Part shown: positions 45,063-55,700 of the stretch, one piece after another
How positions within the stretch are numbered: position 1 is the stretch's first letter
Layout: each line of letters starts with the position of its first letter
Virus record (IMG/VR): IMGVR_UViG_3300042541_001760
Coordinates: 186,001 to 250,000 of that record
Strand: one strand, 5' to 3'
Length of the DNA stretch: 64,000 nt
Translations under genes and position numbers: made by a program
The notes under the pieces: generated by a model
Databases searched by the model: none
Told to the model about the DNA's origin: nothing
The model's input: only the letters and a program-made list of their open reading frames with translations

Positions 45063-48044
45063 TTATGAACAAGATATATTGAAATTTATTCCCACATTTA
45101 TTTTAAAATCTGAGTTAAGGTTATTACCATCACAAGTAAGCGTATAAATAGTCACCTCATTATTTACTATATAATAATCTAACCCATAATCTATAAGTAA
45201 ATCCAATTGTGATTCAAGTGCCGTTAGCCACTGACTAGACGATGGATAACTAACGCCAGGACCTAAAGTTAAACCAAAACCATTATTAAAGAATGGATAA
45301 CTTATTATCTCAGACCCACCTAATGATATCTTAACATACCACTTGGATGTTAATGTATTAAGATTACAATTATTTCCACTAGTGTAATTTAACACCAATT
45401 GACTTAAAAGCGAACCAAAAGTAGTTATATTAGGGTTACTAGTCCAAGGATAAACATCACAAGTTGTTGATGCTTGCGGACAATCAATGGTAAATATTGG
45501 ACCAATAAGAGTACAAGGGTTACAAGGTACAGGTACAATTTGACAACCTCTTTGTCTTCTCCATACAAATTTTTGACGATGAAACGCTGAGTTCTCGTAT
45601 CTAACACCCGTATTCCAAATAGTAGTCGCTGGTACCATTTGTTCAACTAATCTTATCCAATAGTCCCCCAACCCACCTATGTAATCAATCATTTTTTGAT
45701 ATGTATAATCGGTGTTCGGAGCGTTGTTACCTTCACCGGATTTCAAATACTTCCAATAGATATATTCTAGTGTTGGGTATCCACCCGTCTTACCGTTTGT
45801 TACATATTGTCTATCCCTAACATTAATCATATTTTGCCAAAAGGTCTGAGCAAATTCAAAGAATGTTTTTTGTGATGGATTTGGGTCAATTAATGTACTA
45901 TCCAATATCGTTGGATTAAGGTATGTCGGACAATAACAATTACCGCTAATAGTTAGTCCTGATGCGGGTATTGGGTAATCATAATTACTTGATGTATACC
46001 ACACATCATAAACTAAGGCTTGTCCGGGATTTAAGAAAAGATCAACATTCTTTACATTGAGTATTAGTTTTTCATCATCAACAAAATAGAATGAGTTATT
46101 TCCGTCGGAATTTCTTCTTAACCCCGTCTCTAAAGTTGACCAACTTTTCTTGTTATCTATTGTTTTAGTTAAAGTAAATCCTAAGTCTGTATAAGGGAAA
46201 TCTCTAAATCTATCCAAATAAACTTGACCATATGTGAATGGTGCTAATTTGGTTTGATAATTAGGGTTCTGACCCGTGAAAGTCGTATTAACAGAATCAA
46301 ACACCTCATTAGATCTATGTGAAGGTGTACTTTCAAACCATCCAGCACCTATTTGAAAATAAAAATTATCTGTGTCTTCGGGAGCTCTTGGGTATCCATT
46401 AATGTCTATTGGGAACTCTTCTAAGGTTATATCAGCATCTTCTACTATTGTCTCTGTAGTAAACCCCGTAAATACTCGTCCTTGGACTTTAAATGTGTTA
46501 CCAGGTTCTAATACGGGTAGTTCTTTTGAGTATGTTCCTCCTGATATCTGAGCAAATTCTTGATTGAACTGCGTCATATTAATCTTTTGGTCGGCAACAT
46601 AAATATACTCATTAAAATCAACCAATGCGTCAGGGGCTCCAACTAATCTTAGTAACCCCTCTATTGATTTTCTAGTCCCTTTTGATTTAAAAAGGTATGC
46701 AGAGTTTAGAATCAAATTTCTATAAAATTGATAATTTAACTCGTCGGGAGTGTATCCCCTACCAACACCAGGAAACTCACTAAATTCTTCACCACCAAAA
46801 ACAGAATTTAAGAAATCTTCGTTAGTTATTGGTGATATGTTTTTTGACCATCCCAAAGTTTGGGATAAGTTCTTTAATAGTTGTGATGGTATGTCATTAC
46901 CCACATTATAATTAACTGAATTCATAAAAGCCAGAGCGTCTATGAATTTCTTTACTTGATCAAAACTTCTACCATATAACTCTAAAACTTTACTTATTTT
47001 TTGGTCATATGTATCAAAATCTTTAAACGCACCTGTGGTTAAAAATCTATTAATTAAATTTGTTTTAAATGAGTCAAAATTTTCAGCAATAACACTTACA
47101 CTTACCACATAATCTTTAAATACCGGAGTTCGTATATCTAAATTCCAAACACCGTCCAATGGCCAAGTTACTGATTGGGTGGTAACATAATACTTACCAT
47201 TATTATCTTCTTCCACAACCTGAAAATCGGCAGTATAAATTGGTGTTACCAATCTATTGAGTAAAAATCTCTCAATCTCATCAAAATCCTGCCCGAAAAC
47301 CATTTCAGTTGTTTGGTAATTAGGTCTTATGATAAAATTATCGTAAGTTGTGGTTACCCCCGTAAAAGGATTACCTCTAACAAACATTTTTAATGTCCCT
47401 GAAGATAAGTTATCCGTAGGGGTCATAGAGATTAATGGGTGACTACTTCCATTAATATATAAACTATATTTTGTAAAGGTGGTTGTCATATCCCTAAGTG
47501 GGGACAATTCAATCTCACTAACACTTATATTTCTTGGTGCGTTTATCGTAAAATCAATATCAAAAGGATTCCTTATCCTCGCAAGGTCGATTTCCAAATA
47601 ACTCACGTCATTAATAACATTGTAAGATATATTTGTTGCAGTTGCCCCTGTCGTATAATTTGGTGATTTAAATGTAACCTCTAAAGCGGCAGGGAAAAAA
47701 TTAATTATTTTTGTAATTGATACAGATAACCTTTTAGTTAATGAACCGTATTGTGAAAAATTGGAAACCTGACTTAAATCAAAATTTGGATATACTTTAA
47801 AGTTTTTCTCAATAATTGATCTTGATTCTTCTACAGATCTAACACCAAGACTATCTAATGTAATAGGGTCAGAAAAAGAACCTATAACAAAATCCCTATT
47901 AGATTTTTCCGTAATTCCTACTGTAAACTCAAAATTACCTTGTGTCAATCCACCTCCCGCAACTAATTGGAAACCAACTAAATTGTCAGAAAAAGTATTA
48001 TCTGCGGTCGCTTTTTGCGGTGGACAAGTATATTTTTTAGCCAT
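45063..48044 (-). CDS. Baseplate wedge subunit (gp7/P2 gpI-like domain)
   Basis: LLKNLSQTLGW...YLFKSKGTRKSIEGLLRLVG; position in baseplate cluster. Confidence 0.6.
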   Translation of the reverse strand: MAKKYTCPPQKATADNTFSDNLVGFQLVAGGGLTQGNFEFTVGITEKSNRDFVIGSFSDPITLDSLGVRSVEESRSIIEKNFKVYPNFDLSQVSNFSQYGSLTKRLSVSITKIINFFPAALEVTFKSPNYTTGATATNISYNVINDVSYLEIDLARIRNPFDIDFTINAPRNISVSEIELSPLRDMTTTFTKYSLYINGSSHPLISMTPTDNLSSGTLKMFVRGNPFTGVTTTYDNFIIRPNYQTTEMVFGQDFDEIERFLLNRLVTPIYTADFQVVEEDNNGKYYVTTQSVTWPLDGVWNLDIRTPVFKDYVVSVSVIAENFDSFKTNLINRFLTTGAFKDFDTYDQKISKVLELYGRSFDQVKKFIDALAFMNSVNYNVGNDIPSQLLKNLSQTLGWSKNISPITNEDFLNSVFGGEEFSEFPGVGRGYTPDELNYQFYRNLILNSAYLFKSKGTRKSIEGLLRLVGAPDALVDFNEYIYVADQKINMTQFNQEFAQISGGTYSKELPVLEPGNTFKVQGRVFTGFTTETIVEDADITLEEFPIDINGYPRAPEDTDNFYFQIGAGWFESTPSHRSNEVFDSVNTTFTGQNPNYQTKLAPFTYGQVYLDRFRDFPYTDLGFTLTKTIDNKKSWSTLETGLRRNSDGNNSFYFVDDEKLILNVKNVDLFLNPGQALVYDVWYTSSNYDYPIPASGLTISGNCYCPTYLNPTILDSTLIDPNPSQKTFFEFAQTFWQNMINVRDRQYVTNGKTGGYPTLEYIYWKYLKSGEGNNAPNTDYTYQKMIDYIGGLGDYWIRLVEQMVPATTIWNTGVRYENSAFHRQKFVWRRQRGCQIVPVPCNPCTLIGPIFTIDCPQASTTCDVYPWTSNPNITTFGSLLSQLVLNYTSGNNCNLNTLTSKWYVKISLGGSEIISYPFFNNGFGLTLGPGVSYPSSSQWLTALESQLDLLIDYGLDYYIVNNEVTIYTLTCDGNNLNSDFKINVGINFNISCS

Positions 48045-48952
48045 TATTGAGTGATATTTACAAAGTTTTTACTGTAATCAATATTAGTTCCCCTATCCTG
48101 TCTAACTTCATATAATAACTCATTAAATTCATCTCTAACCTCATAAAGATTGTATTGTTTGTAAATATTGTTATTACTGTCGTATATAGTGTAAATACCA
48201 TCGTCCATAGATTTGGTTTGATTACCGTATAGAGCAATTGCCAGGGTTGATATGTCATGTTCCACAATCTCAACCTCAATACTAATAGGATTGAAGTATG
48301 TGTTACTTATAACCACATTTTGATTGGGTTGTCCAATGAATGGGGTTGCGTTAGGCTTGTTTGTTGGTGATGATGATGGTGAAACTGTACAAAATAGTAA
48401 ATTTGTCGCTCCATCAACATATCTATATCTAATTGATTTCTGTGATGAGTTTGTCTGATTTTCTGTAACAGGCTCACAATAAAATGAAGATGTTATGATT
48501 CTAAAAAAGTTGGGTATTTTACTTCCGTCAGGGTTTAAATATTCTATTCTGAATCCAACCAATCCTTGAGCCACGAATTTATTTCTGTATTGAGATGGTA
48601 CTTGTTCTAAATTAAAAATTAACCCCTTAACATTTGGTATTGCCGATAACACACCGCAATCATTAATTGTTGTTCTGATTTGTGCCGGTCTAAGATATAG
48701 GTTATAGATACCTAAAGCATTAAATTGATCTGCGGGTAGTTTTAGGTTATATAAACCCCCTAATATCTCAACATCTGCATTACCTCCCGTTTCTCCGTTA
48801 TTAAAATATGGTTTTAAAACATCCTGAGCATTTAATGTTGTAAGTGTGAAATTATCAGTATTATCCCTACTTGGGGTATAATTTAGTATTATCTCAACAT
48901 CTTCGGGGGAAACATCCGCCGGCCTTATAGTTCCATATGATCCAGTTGCCAT
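48044..48952 (-). CDS. Putative structural protein (302 aa)
   Basis: Late-type promoter, structural cluster. Confidence 0.7.
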   Translation of the reverse strand: MATGSYGTIRPADVSPEDVEIILNYTPSRDNTDNFTLTTLNAQDVLKPYFNNGETGGNADVEILGGLYNLKLPADQFNALGIYNLYLRPAQIRTTINDCGVLSAIPNVKGLIFNLEQVPSQYRNKFVAQGLVGFRIEYLNPDGSKIPNFFRIITSSFYCEPVTENQTNSSQKSIRYRYVDGATNLLFCTVSPSSSPTNKPNATPFIGQPNQNVVISNTYFNPISIEVEIVEHDISTLAIALYGNQTKSMDDGIYTIYDSNNNIYKQYNLYEVRDEFNELLYEVRQDRGTNIDYSKNFVNITQ

Positions 48953-48988
48953 CTTTTTTAATTAAATTATTATTTTTTTAACCATATT

Positions 48989-48996
48989 TATAAATA
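48989..48996 (-). promoter_or_regulatory. Putative late promoter TATTTATA
   Basis: Within palindrome TATTTATAAATA upstream of ATG 48952. Confidence 0.55.
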
Positions 48997-49003
48997 CTTA
49001 ATG

Positions 49004-50194
49004 TTAGGTTTTATTGACATTAAAAAATTTATAACCATACGATACTAACCCCCCTATTGTTGATACCTCACCCAATCTGTGTATACTTTCAAGTGCTGAA
49101 TTTTTACCTCTCTCTATATATACATTGGAAAACACCTGTACCTGATCGATTACATTTAATAATGCCTCATCTTTAGTTAATCCTGACGAAACCAACCAAT
49201 TTTGTGTTAATCCTGACGACTTCACAACATATATTGTTGATCCATCATCATAGTCATAATAATCAACACCATTAATAGTGTAAGCATCCGACATATTATC
49301 GGGGGTTCTACCTTTGTAGATACCAACAGTGTTACTTGTTCCTGTTATTTGTTGATTAAGTTTAAACGACTTACCGTCTTTTGTTGCGTCACCTTTATAT
49401 TGTGATAAGTCACCCAATGTTGATTTTGTATAACCCGTAATATAAAAAGGAACTGTTGTATAGTTTGAACTAATATGAGCCAATAAATTGGTGTTTGAGT
49501 CCCCCGAAAAAATGTAGTCATACATTATTGGGGTTCCTGACCAATCACCTCCTTGTGGTACAAAATAAGCAGTTCCATTGGGGTTGAATATTGGTACATT
49601 TGTGAATGGTACTTGGACTTGTTTTTCGATTACCGTCACCCCGAATTGAGTATATCCCGATAGTGTTATAGTATATTGAGCACTTCCCGATGGATATGTA
49701 TGTGATGTGTAATTTGGTGCTACCGAAGTTAAAGTTTGTACTGGTGTATTATCACCCCAATTTATCTTAAAAGTAGAACTTTTTAGAAATTTCTTATACT
49801 TAACATCTGATGTATTGTACACATAGTAAGTCGATGAGTTAATCCCCGTGACCGCCGAGAATAAAAAGTTAGTAATAACATCTTTTTGTAAAATAGCCCC
49901 ATCAAAAACAGAATAATAACCAATGTCCGTAATATTTTGAGTAAATAAAATTGGTATTGTTAATCCCGTCATTAAGGAAGTTCCACTTGTACCACCAGTG
50001 ACCACCGCAGACATTTGTAATTGTACTCTTGTGGATGCGGTTGTAAAATAGAAGTTTTCCGTATAACTCGTAAAGTCGCAACAGGTCAAGTCCAAACTAA
50101 GGGTAACTCCCGTAGATGCGGTATATACCATTGTAACAATATCGCTAGTTATTACTTCAGGTGAAATCTTAATATAGTATCTTTGATCCTCCAT
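49004..50194 (-). CDS. Putative structural protein with PKD-like segment
   Basis: INWGDNTP...HTYPSG..QYTITL; coupled operon. Confidence 0.7.
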   Translation of the reverse strand: MEDQRYYIKISPEVITSDIVTMVYTASTGVTLSLDLTCCDFTSYTENFYFTTASTRVQLQMSAVVTGGTSGTSLMTGLTIPILFTQNITDIGYYSVFDGAILQKDVITNFLFSAVTGINSSTYYVYNTSDVKYKKFLKSSTFKINWGDNTPVQTLTSVAPNYTSHTYPSGSAQYTITLSGYTQFGVTVIEKQVQVPFTNVPIFNPNGTAYFVPQGGDWSGTPIMYDYIFSGDSNTNLLAHISSNYTTVPFYITGYTKSTLGDLSQYKGDATKDGKSFKLNQQITGTSNTVGIYKGRTPDNMSDAYTINGVDYYDYDDGSTIYVVKSSGLTQNWLVSSGLTKDEALLNVIDQVQVFSNVYIERGKNSALESIHRLGEVSTIGGLVSYGYKFFNVNKT

Positions 50195-51039
50195 TAACTT
50201 GGGTTAACATACTCATACCAATTTATGGGTTTGGATTCATAACCAACCCTAATATCTGACCCGTTCGCATAATCGAATATTTGATATGTGTAATCAGAAT
50301 AATCTAATTTTACCTTATAGTAAAAATACTTTTCTCCGTTAAACCCATACTTATCGCCCGATAATTCATTTGATCCTTGATTTCTATTTATCATTTTTAC
50401 GAAATTACCGGTACTCCCATTAAAAAATTTAGCCGACATATAAAATGTGTCAATATTTAAAAACTCTCTACTTTTTAACCAATAAAAAAAGTAACCTTCT
50501 TTTTGTTGTCCAACAAAATCTAATTTAAATCTAGGTACACTAATATTAACATCGGGTAGGTATGTTGATATTGATTTTAATTCATCTAACGATTCGTTCG
50601 CAAATAGAATTACAGTAAAGTAATTTTTTTGAGTTTTACCATCTTTAGTATCGTAAAAATCTAATTTAAAAAATGACTTTTGGAATGGTTTTGTGGTATA
50701 ATATATGTCTTTATCGGAGAATCCTTCACTATTATAATTTGCCTCCCAATAAGTTGGAATTGCGGTATTCATAAAATTTAAATCAGCACTATAAAAATAA
50801 AAATTGTAATTAACTGACGTTTCGTTATTATTAGGGTATTTTTTATTCTGAAATCTTGCCAACTCAAAATCTTTTGGTTTACCAATTACTTTTTCAATTA
50901 TATCCTCTTGTATTTTATCAATACTATCATCCCTACCATAGAAATCCCATTTGATTTCCACGGGAATATCAATATACTTATCAGTACTTGTTTTAACTAT
51001 CTTAAACTTATTCACACTCATCTGTAGTAGGTAAAGCAA
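50194..51039 (-). CDS. Putative structural protein (281 aa)
   Basis: Coupled in baseplate operon. Confidence 0.7.
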   Translation of the reverse strand: MLYLLQMSVNKFKIVKTSTDKYIDIPVEIKWDFYGRDDSIDKIQEDIIEKVIGKPKDFELARFQNKKYPNNNETSVNYNFYFYSADLNFMNTAIPTYWEANYNSEGFSDKDIYYTTKPFQKSFFKLDFYDTKDGKTQKNYFTVILFANESLDELKSISTYLPDVNISVPRFKLDFVGQQKEGYFFYWLKSREFLNIDTFYMSAKFFNGSTGNFVKMINRNQGSNELSGDKYGFNGEKYFYYKVKLDYSDYTYQIFDYANGSDIRVGYESKPINWYEYVNPS

Positions 51040-52789
51040 CCGTATTTATTGTTGATAAAGGTGTTGACGCACCTTCAGGGATTACTCTAAATATCGTATT
51101 AGTAAAAGGATAATGAACCCCATTTAAAAACGGATAATCAACTCCAATACCATCGGTATCTATAAACCCATATGTATATATATCTCTCCAAATGAAAGTT
51201 CCATTGGTTTTTGAAAAAACAGCATAATCAGGTATTTCACTTACCGTTGCAGGGTCTCCATCCTCAATATATGATGAAAAATCCCTTATTTTAATTGGGT
51301 TATGTGGTTTATAGTAGTACCCTAGCGGATTTGCCGGTGGTGCTTGTTGCGTTATGTTTATATTAAAATGAGTAGGATTATATATTATTTTATGATAATA
51401 CTCGGAAATAACTCTCTCGGTATATTCATAATCATTCCACTCACAAAAATCACCATCAAGAGTATCTCCATTTATTAATGGTTTGTTATAGTAAAAAGTT
51501 TTACCATTGACCGCATATGATATTGTTGGTATGGACGTATATGCGTTTGGTGTTAGGTTTTGTGGGGCATTGTCCCACCAATCAGATGGTTGTCCATTTT
51601 TTAATGGTATATTAAAATCAAAACCTTGCTTCAACGCAATATTTGAATTTACAGATGGATAGGTGGGACTTGATGTCCATCCAAATCTACCAATCCACTG
51701 AAAAGTAAAGAATAGTTGGGTTATAGGTCGGTTTTGATTGTCAACTAAATCATCTATTGATATGTCTTTTGAGAAAGATAATGTATATGATTGACTACCT
51801 TCTTTTACCGAAATCCTTGATACCTTATTCGGAGTTAATCCTGATGGTTCATATTGCTTAATTACCTTGAATGGGTTTAATTCAAATCCTGCGTTTACCA
51901 ACATCGCATCCTGCGGATTTGTTATTATTTTATGTCTTCTAATATAATATTCAGACATTGTATCTTGGTAGTTATTCTCGTCAATAACTCTTTTAAATGT
52001 CCCTGTAGTTCCCGCATCAAAAGTGTTTCCAGTATATCCTAAATTTGAAATACTAAACACATATTCATCTGACCCATAATCACCATCACCTAATTCATAA
52101 ACTTGAAATAAACTTTGTCCATTATAATTAATAGATAGGTAAGCGAACTCACCGACACTTAATCCATGTCTACAAACAGATCTAAATGTTATTAAACTTT
52201 GTCCGTTTGATGTAGAACCAGTTATGATAAATGGTATTCCGTCAAACGCCGTCCAATTTAAAGTCGTATTGGTCATTGGTTCAACCGCCTTTAGAGTTTT
52301 ATTTACATTATCATAAGGATAACTAATAAAAAAATTCCAATTATAAGATGACGCACTTGTACCAATGAAATTAATATGATTATTCGGTCCGGTAGTATAA
52401 CCCACAACATTATTATCAGTCCTCATTAAATCAAATTCATTATACAATGGATAACCTGACCAATAAACCGAATTACTATTACTACAAAACTGTCTAGACG
52501 ATGTTAAGGCATTAACATAATATAGATTTTCAGTAAATGGTTTATAATCAGTTTGACCATAATAAGTATTTTTAAACAAATATGTTATTTTGGTAACTGG
52601 TCTAAATGTAGTTGATGATTGTCTTTCATTTTCAAACACCTGAGCTAAATCAATAGTATTACTTCTATCAAATTCAACAGATTCCTTGGAGGTCTGTGAT
52701 AAACCAACATCAACCATATTATCAACAATTGGTGATGATTTGTACCTTAAAGTACTAAGGACTATTTTTGTATTATTCTCGTTTCCCAT
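51008..52789 (-). CDS. Putative structural protein (593 aa)
   Basis: Coupled in baseplate operon. Confidence 0.7.
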   Translation of the reverse strand: MGNENNTKIVLSTLRYKSSPIVDNMVDVGLSQTSKESVEFDRSNTIDLAQVFENERQSSTTFRPVTKITYLFKNTYYGQTDYKPFTENLYYVNALTSSRQFCSNSNSVYWSGYPLYNEFDLMRTDNNVVGYTTGPNNHINFIGTSASSYNWNFFISYPYDNVNKTLKAVEPMTNTTLNWTAFDGIPFIITGSTSNGQSLITFRSVCRHGLSVGEFAYLSINYNGQSLFQVYELGDGDYGSDEYVFSISNLGYTGNTFDAGTTGTFKRVIDENNYQDTMSEYYIRRHKIITNPQDAMLVNAGFELNPFKVIKQYEPSGLTPNKVSRISVKEGSQSYTLSFSKDISIDDLVDNQNRPITQLFFTFQWIGRFGWTSSPTYPSVNSNIALKQGFDFNIPLKNGQPSDWWDNAPQNLTPNAYTSIPTISYAVNGKTFYYNKPLINGDTLDGDFCEWNDYEYTERVISEYYHKIIYNPTHFNINITQQAPPANPLGYYYKPHNPIKIRDFSSYIEDGDPATVSEIPDYAVFSKTNGTFIWRDIYTYGFIDTDGIGVDYPFLNGVHYPFTNTIFRVIPEGASTPLSTINTVALPTTDECE

Positions 52790-55700
52790 TAGTCAGCAAA
52801 TGCGTCTGTGTCAATCCATTTAGCGGTAAATCTATCGAAAGCCGATGCCCCTTTAGCTAATCCAAAATAAAAATAGAATGGAGCGCCTAAGTTGTATTTA
52901 CCGGATATCCCAGGTTCCGGTTTATAATCACTTTCACCTGTTGCTGGATTAATGACTAAAGGCCCATCAACATTATAAATCCAACCTTTATTGTATTTTA
53001 TTTCAGTTACGCTAGGACTTGGTTGGAATGTTCTCGATCCATTTACACCTCCGTACAGTCTATCTATTTTTTGATATCCGTATTTGAATGCGTTAGCACC
53101 CGCACCACCAAAAACCCAGTCATTTGTTTGTTTTCCGAAAATATTATCATTACCACTATTATTAAAAATTTGCCATAAATAAAATGGGACTGTTTGTGTT
53201 GTAACCGGGATATAAGTAAAATTACAATCATTATTTATTCCAATAAGACCATCTGGATTATATAAAGTTCTATTTGGTGATATATAATCTCTAAGTTGAC
53301 TATCGCCAGTATAAAAAATACCAAAAGTAATATCCTTATAACTACCAACCCCACCCGGAAAATATAAAGGTGAGTTAAATCCTGAATTAATAGCTGGCTC
53401 AGGATAATTTGCAGGTTCAAAAGCGGAGATACCTAATTGTGAATTGGTTGCAATCATTTGAGAAAAATCCGCATCAACGAATCTTTTAGGACGTGAAAAA
53501 TAATTCATAATACTAGCACCCGCAGGTGTCCCAAATAACGCTCCAAAACTTGTACTAGCAAATCTTGACAATATGAATATATTCAATATTTCTGAAGTAT
53601 CTCCGAATGTTGTACTATTTAACTTATTCATAATATACCCATCCCAATTTCCGCTTTGAGATAAAAATTTTTGTAGTTCGTCTCTTGGACCTAAGTCCAT
53701 CATCGTCGTTGGGAACATTAAATTTCTACTATTTCCTAAAAGATTTGATCCGTCATAAAACCCTTTTTTACCTACGAAATCATCTGTAGCTTCATCATAT
53801 GGTGAACTCCTATAATAAAAATTAGAAGTGTCAGGGTCTAAGTATATTGTATCTTTACAATATTTATTATATGGTATATTTGGTGGATTTCCATTTGGTC
53901 CGGTAAAATATCTTGTTGTTTTAAATGGGAACATATACAATGACCCATTAACCCAATTATTAAAAAACGTATGTGAAAATACTTCCCTACAAGCTCCAAA
54001 ATTAATATTCATTCGTGATAACCACTCAGTAACTAATTGTAAGTCTTTAGTTAAATGTGCCCCTAAATAATTTGCATGTACTAAATTATAACAAGACCCA
54101 CCAATAAAAAATTGGGCATATCCTCCTGATGTATAAAATTGACAAGATGCTGCCGGTAAAATATCTAGTGTATCATTAACATTTTGATAACAACCTATTG
54201 GGACTAAATGTTCACAAGCAAAAGAATCTAATACTTTATCAACCGATCCAAAACTTTCTGGTTCAGTTGATCCGGTAATTCTAATATCAGGGTCATCACC
54301 GGGAAACGCTTGAGTCCCTGACGCTGGGTTTACACCGGCAACAACACCTTCATCAGATAGTTGATATACGGTAAATTGCCCGTTAGCCATCATATTCATA
54401 CCTTGCGGTATAATCGTATTAACTGTATTAAAAGATTGAAATAGGTCGGATGTCGGCATTCTGTCAGTCCTCATTACAATTCTATTACTATCTGACATTA
54501 TAGTATTAACAGTAGGGAGGTATTTTGGAGAAAAGTATACTGACCCTAACGCCGTTCTAGTTCCATTATTTAAAGTATTTATTTCAGATCTCATACCAAC
54601 CATAGATCCACCTTCAACACTCTCCCCAATAGCATATCTTTTACCCACAAATTGCATAATTTCAACATTAGCGGGAGGTGCAGGAGGTACGGTAGGTGCA
54701 ACATAATTTACAGGAAATCCGCAGTAACCACTATCTGATGGACCATCAATCTGAGAACCTGGTAGTCTAGCATACATATTCTTACCACCAACTCTTAACC
54801 CCCCTCCTGTTGTTCCATTAGTTCCACCAATAAAAGTATATTCCGCTATTGATGAATACATTGCGGGTGGTGTTCCCCCTGGTGCGTAACCAACTACATT
54901 ACTATTTTCATCCAATGATGAGTAATTAGAGCTTCGATATGTTGGGAATGGTGTCCATTGATCCGGTTGGAAGTGATAAGAAGGGAAGAATAGTCTACCA
55001 TTAGAATATCCGGTATCTACCGAGGTATTATTAATAATATTTGTATGATTTACGCATCTATGAGCATTATTATAGGCAATTACATCGGATCCAATTTGAA
55101 GCGATTGACCAAAATCTAAACCATCATTAGGTTGTAATGGGATGTTCATTTTGAAATCACCAATAACCGAAACATCAAAATGGGTAGTTCTACCAAATAA
55201 ACGACCTAAACCATATTTTATGGGTATCCTACTTGAATGGGGGTCAACACCTCTAACCATTATAGTTATTAGGGCATTTGGTTTATCTGAATATAATGAC
55301 CAAAGGTTAATCCAAGACCAAAGTCCAGGACTGTTGGTATTTGCTCTTATATCGGGTCCGTTAGTCCCAATAGATTGATTAATTGGCGTCCAATTATTAA
55401 ATATCCTCGCGAAGAAACTTTCTTGTTCTCTTTTATCTTGAAGCCATCCCGACGAGACAAGTATATTACTGTATTCATCAAATGTCATTGCGGTAATAAC
55501 TTGAAAGTATTCAATACCTGTTGGGTATTTTAGATATCTATCCGTATCTGAATTAGTTTGAGTTATATTGTAATTAGTAACCTTTCTACCTCCCGTAATG
55601 GGGTCTGTGTAACTAACAGTTGTTGTACCACTAACGTTTATAGGATTACCCGTTACTGAATATGTACCATACGCATTTGCTTGAGTTGTGGCGCTCATAT

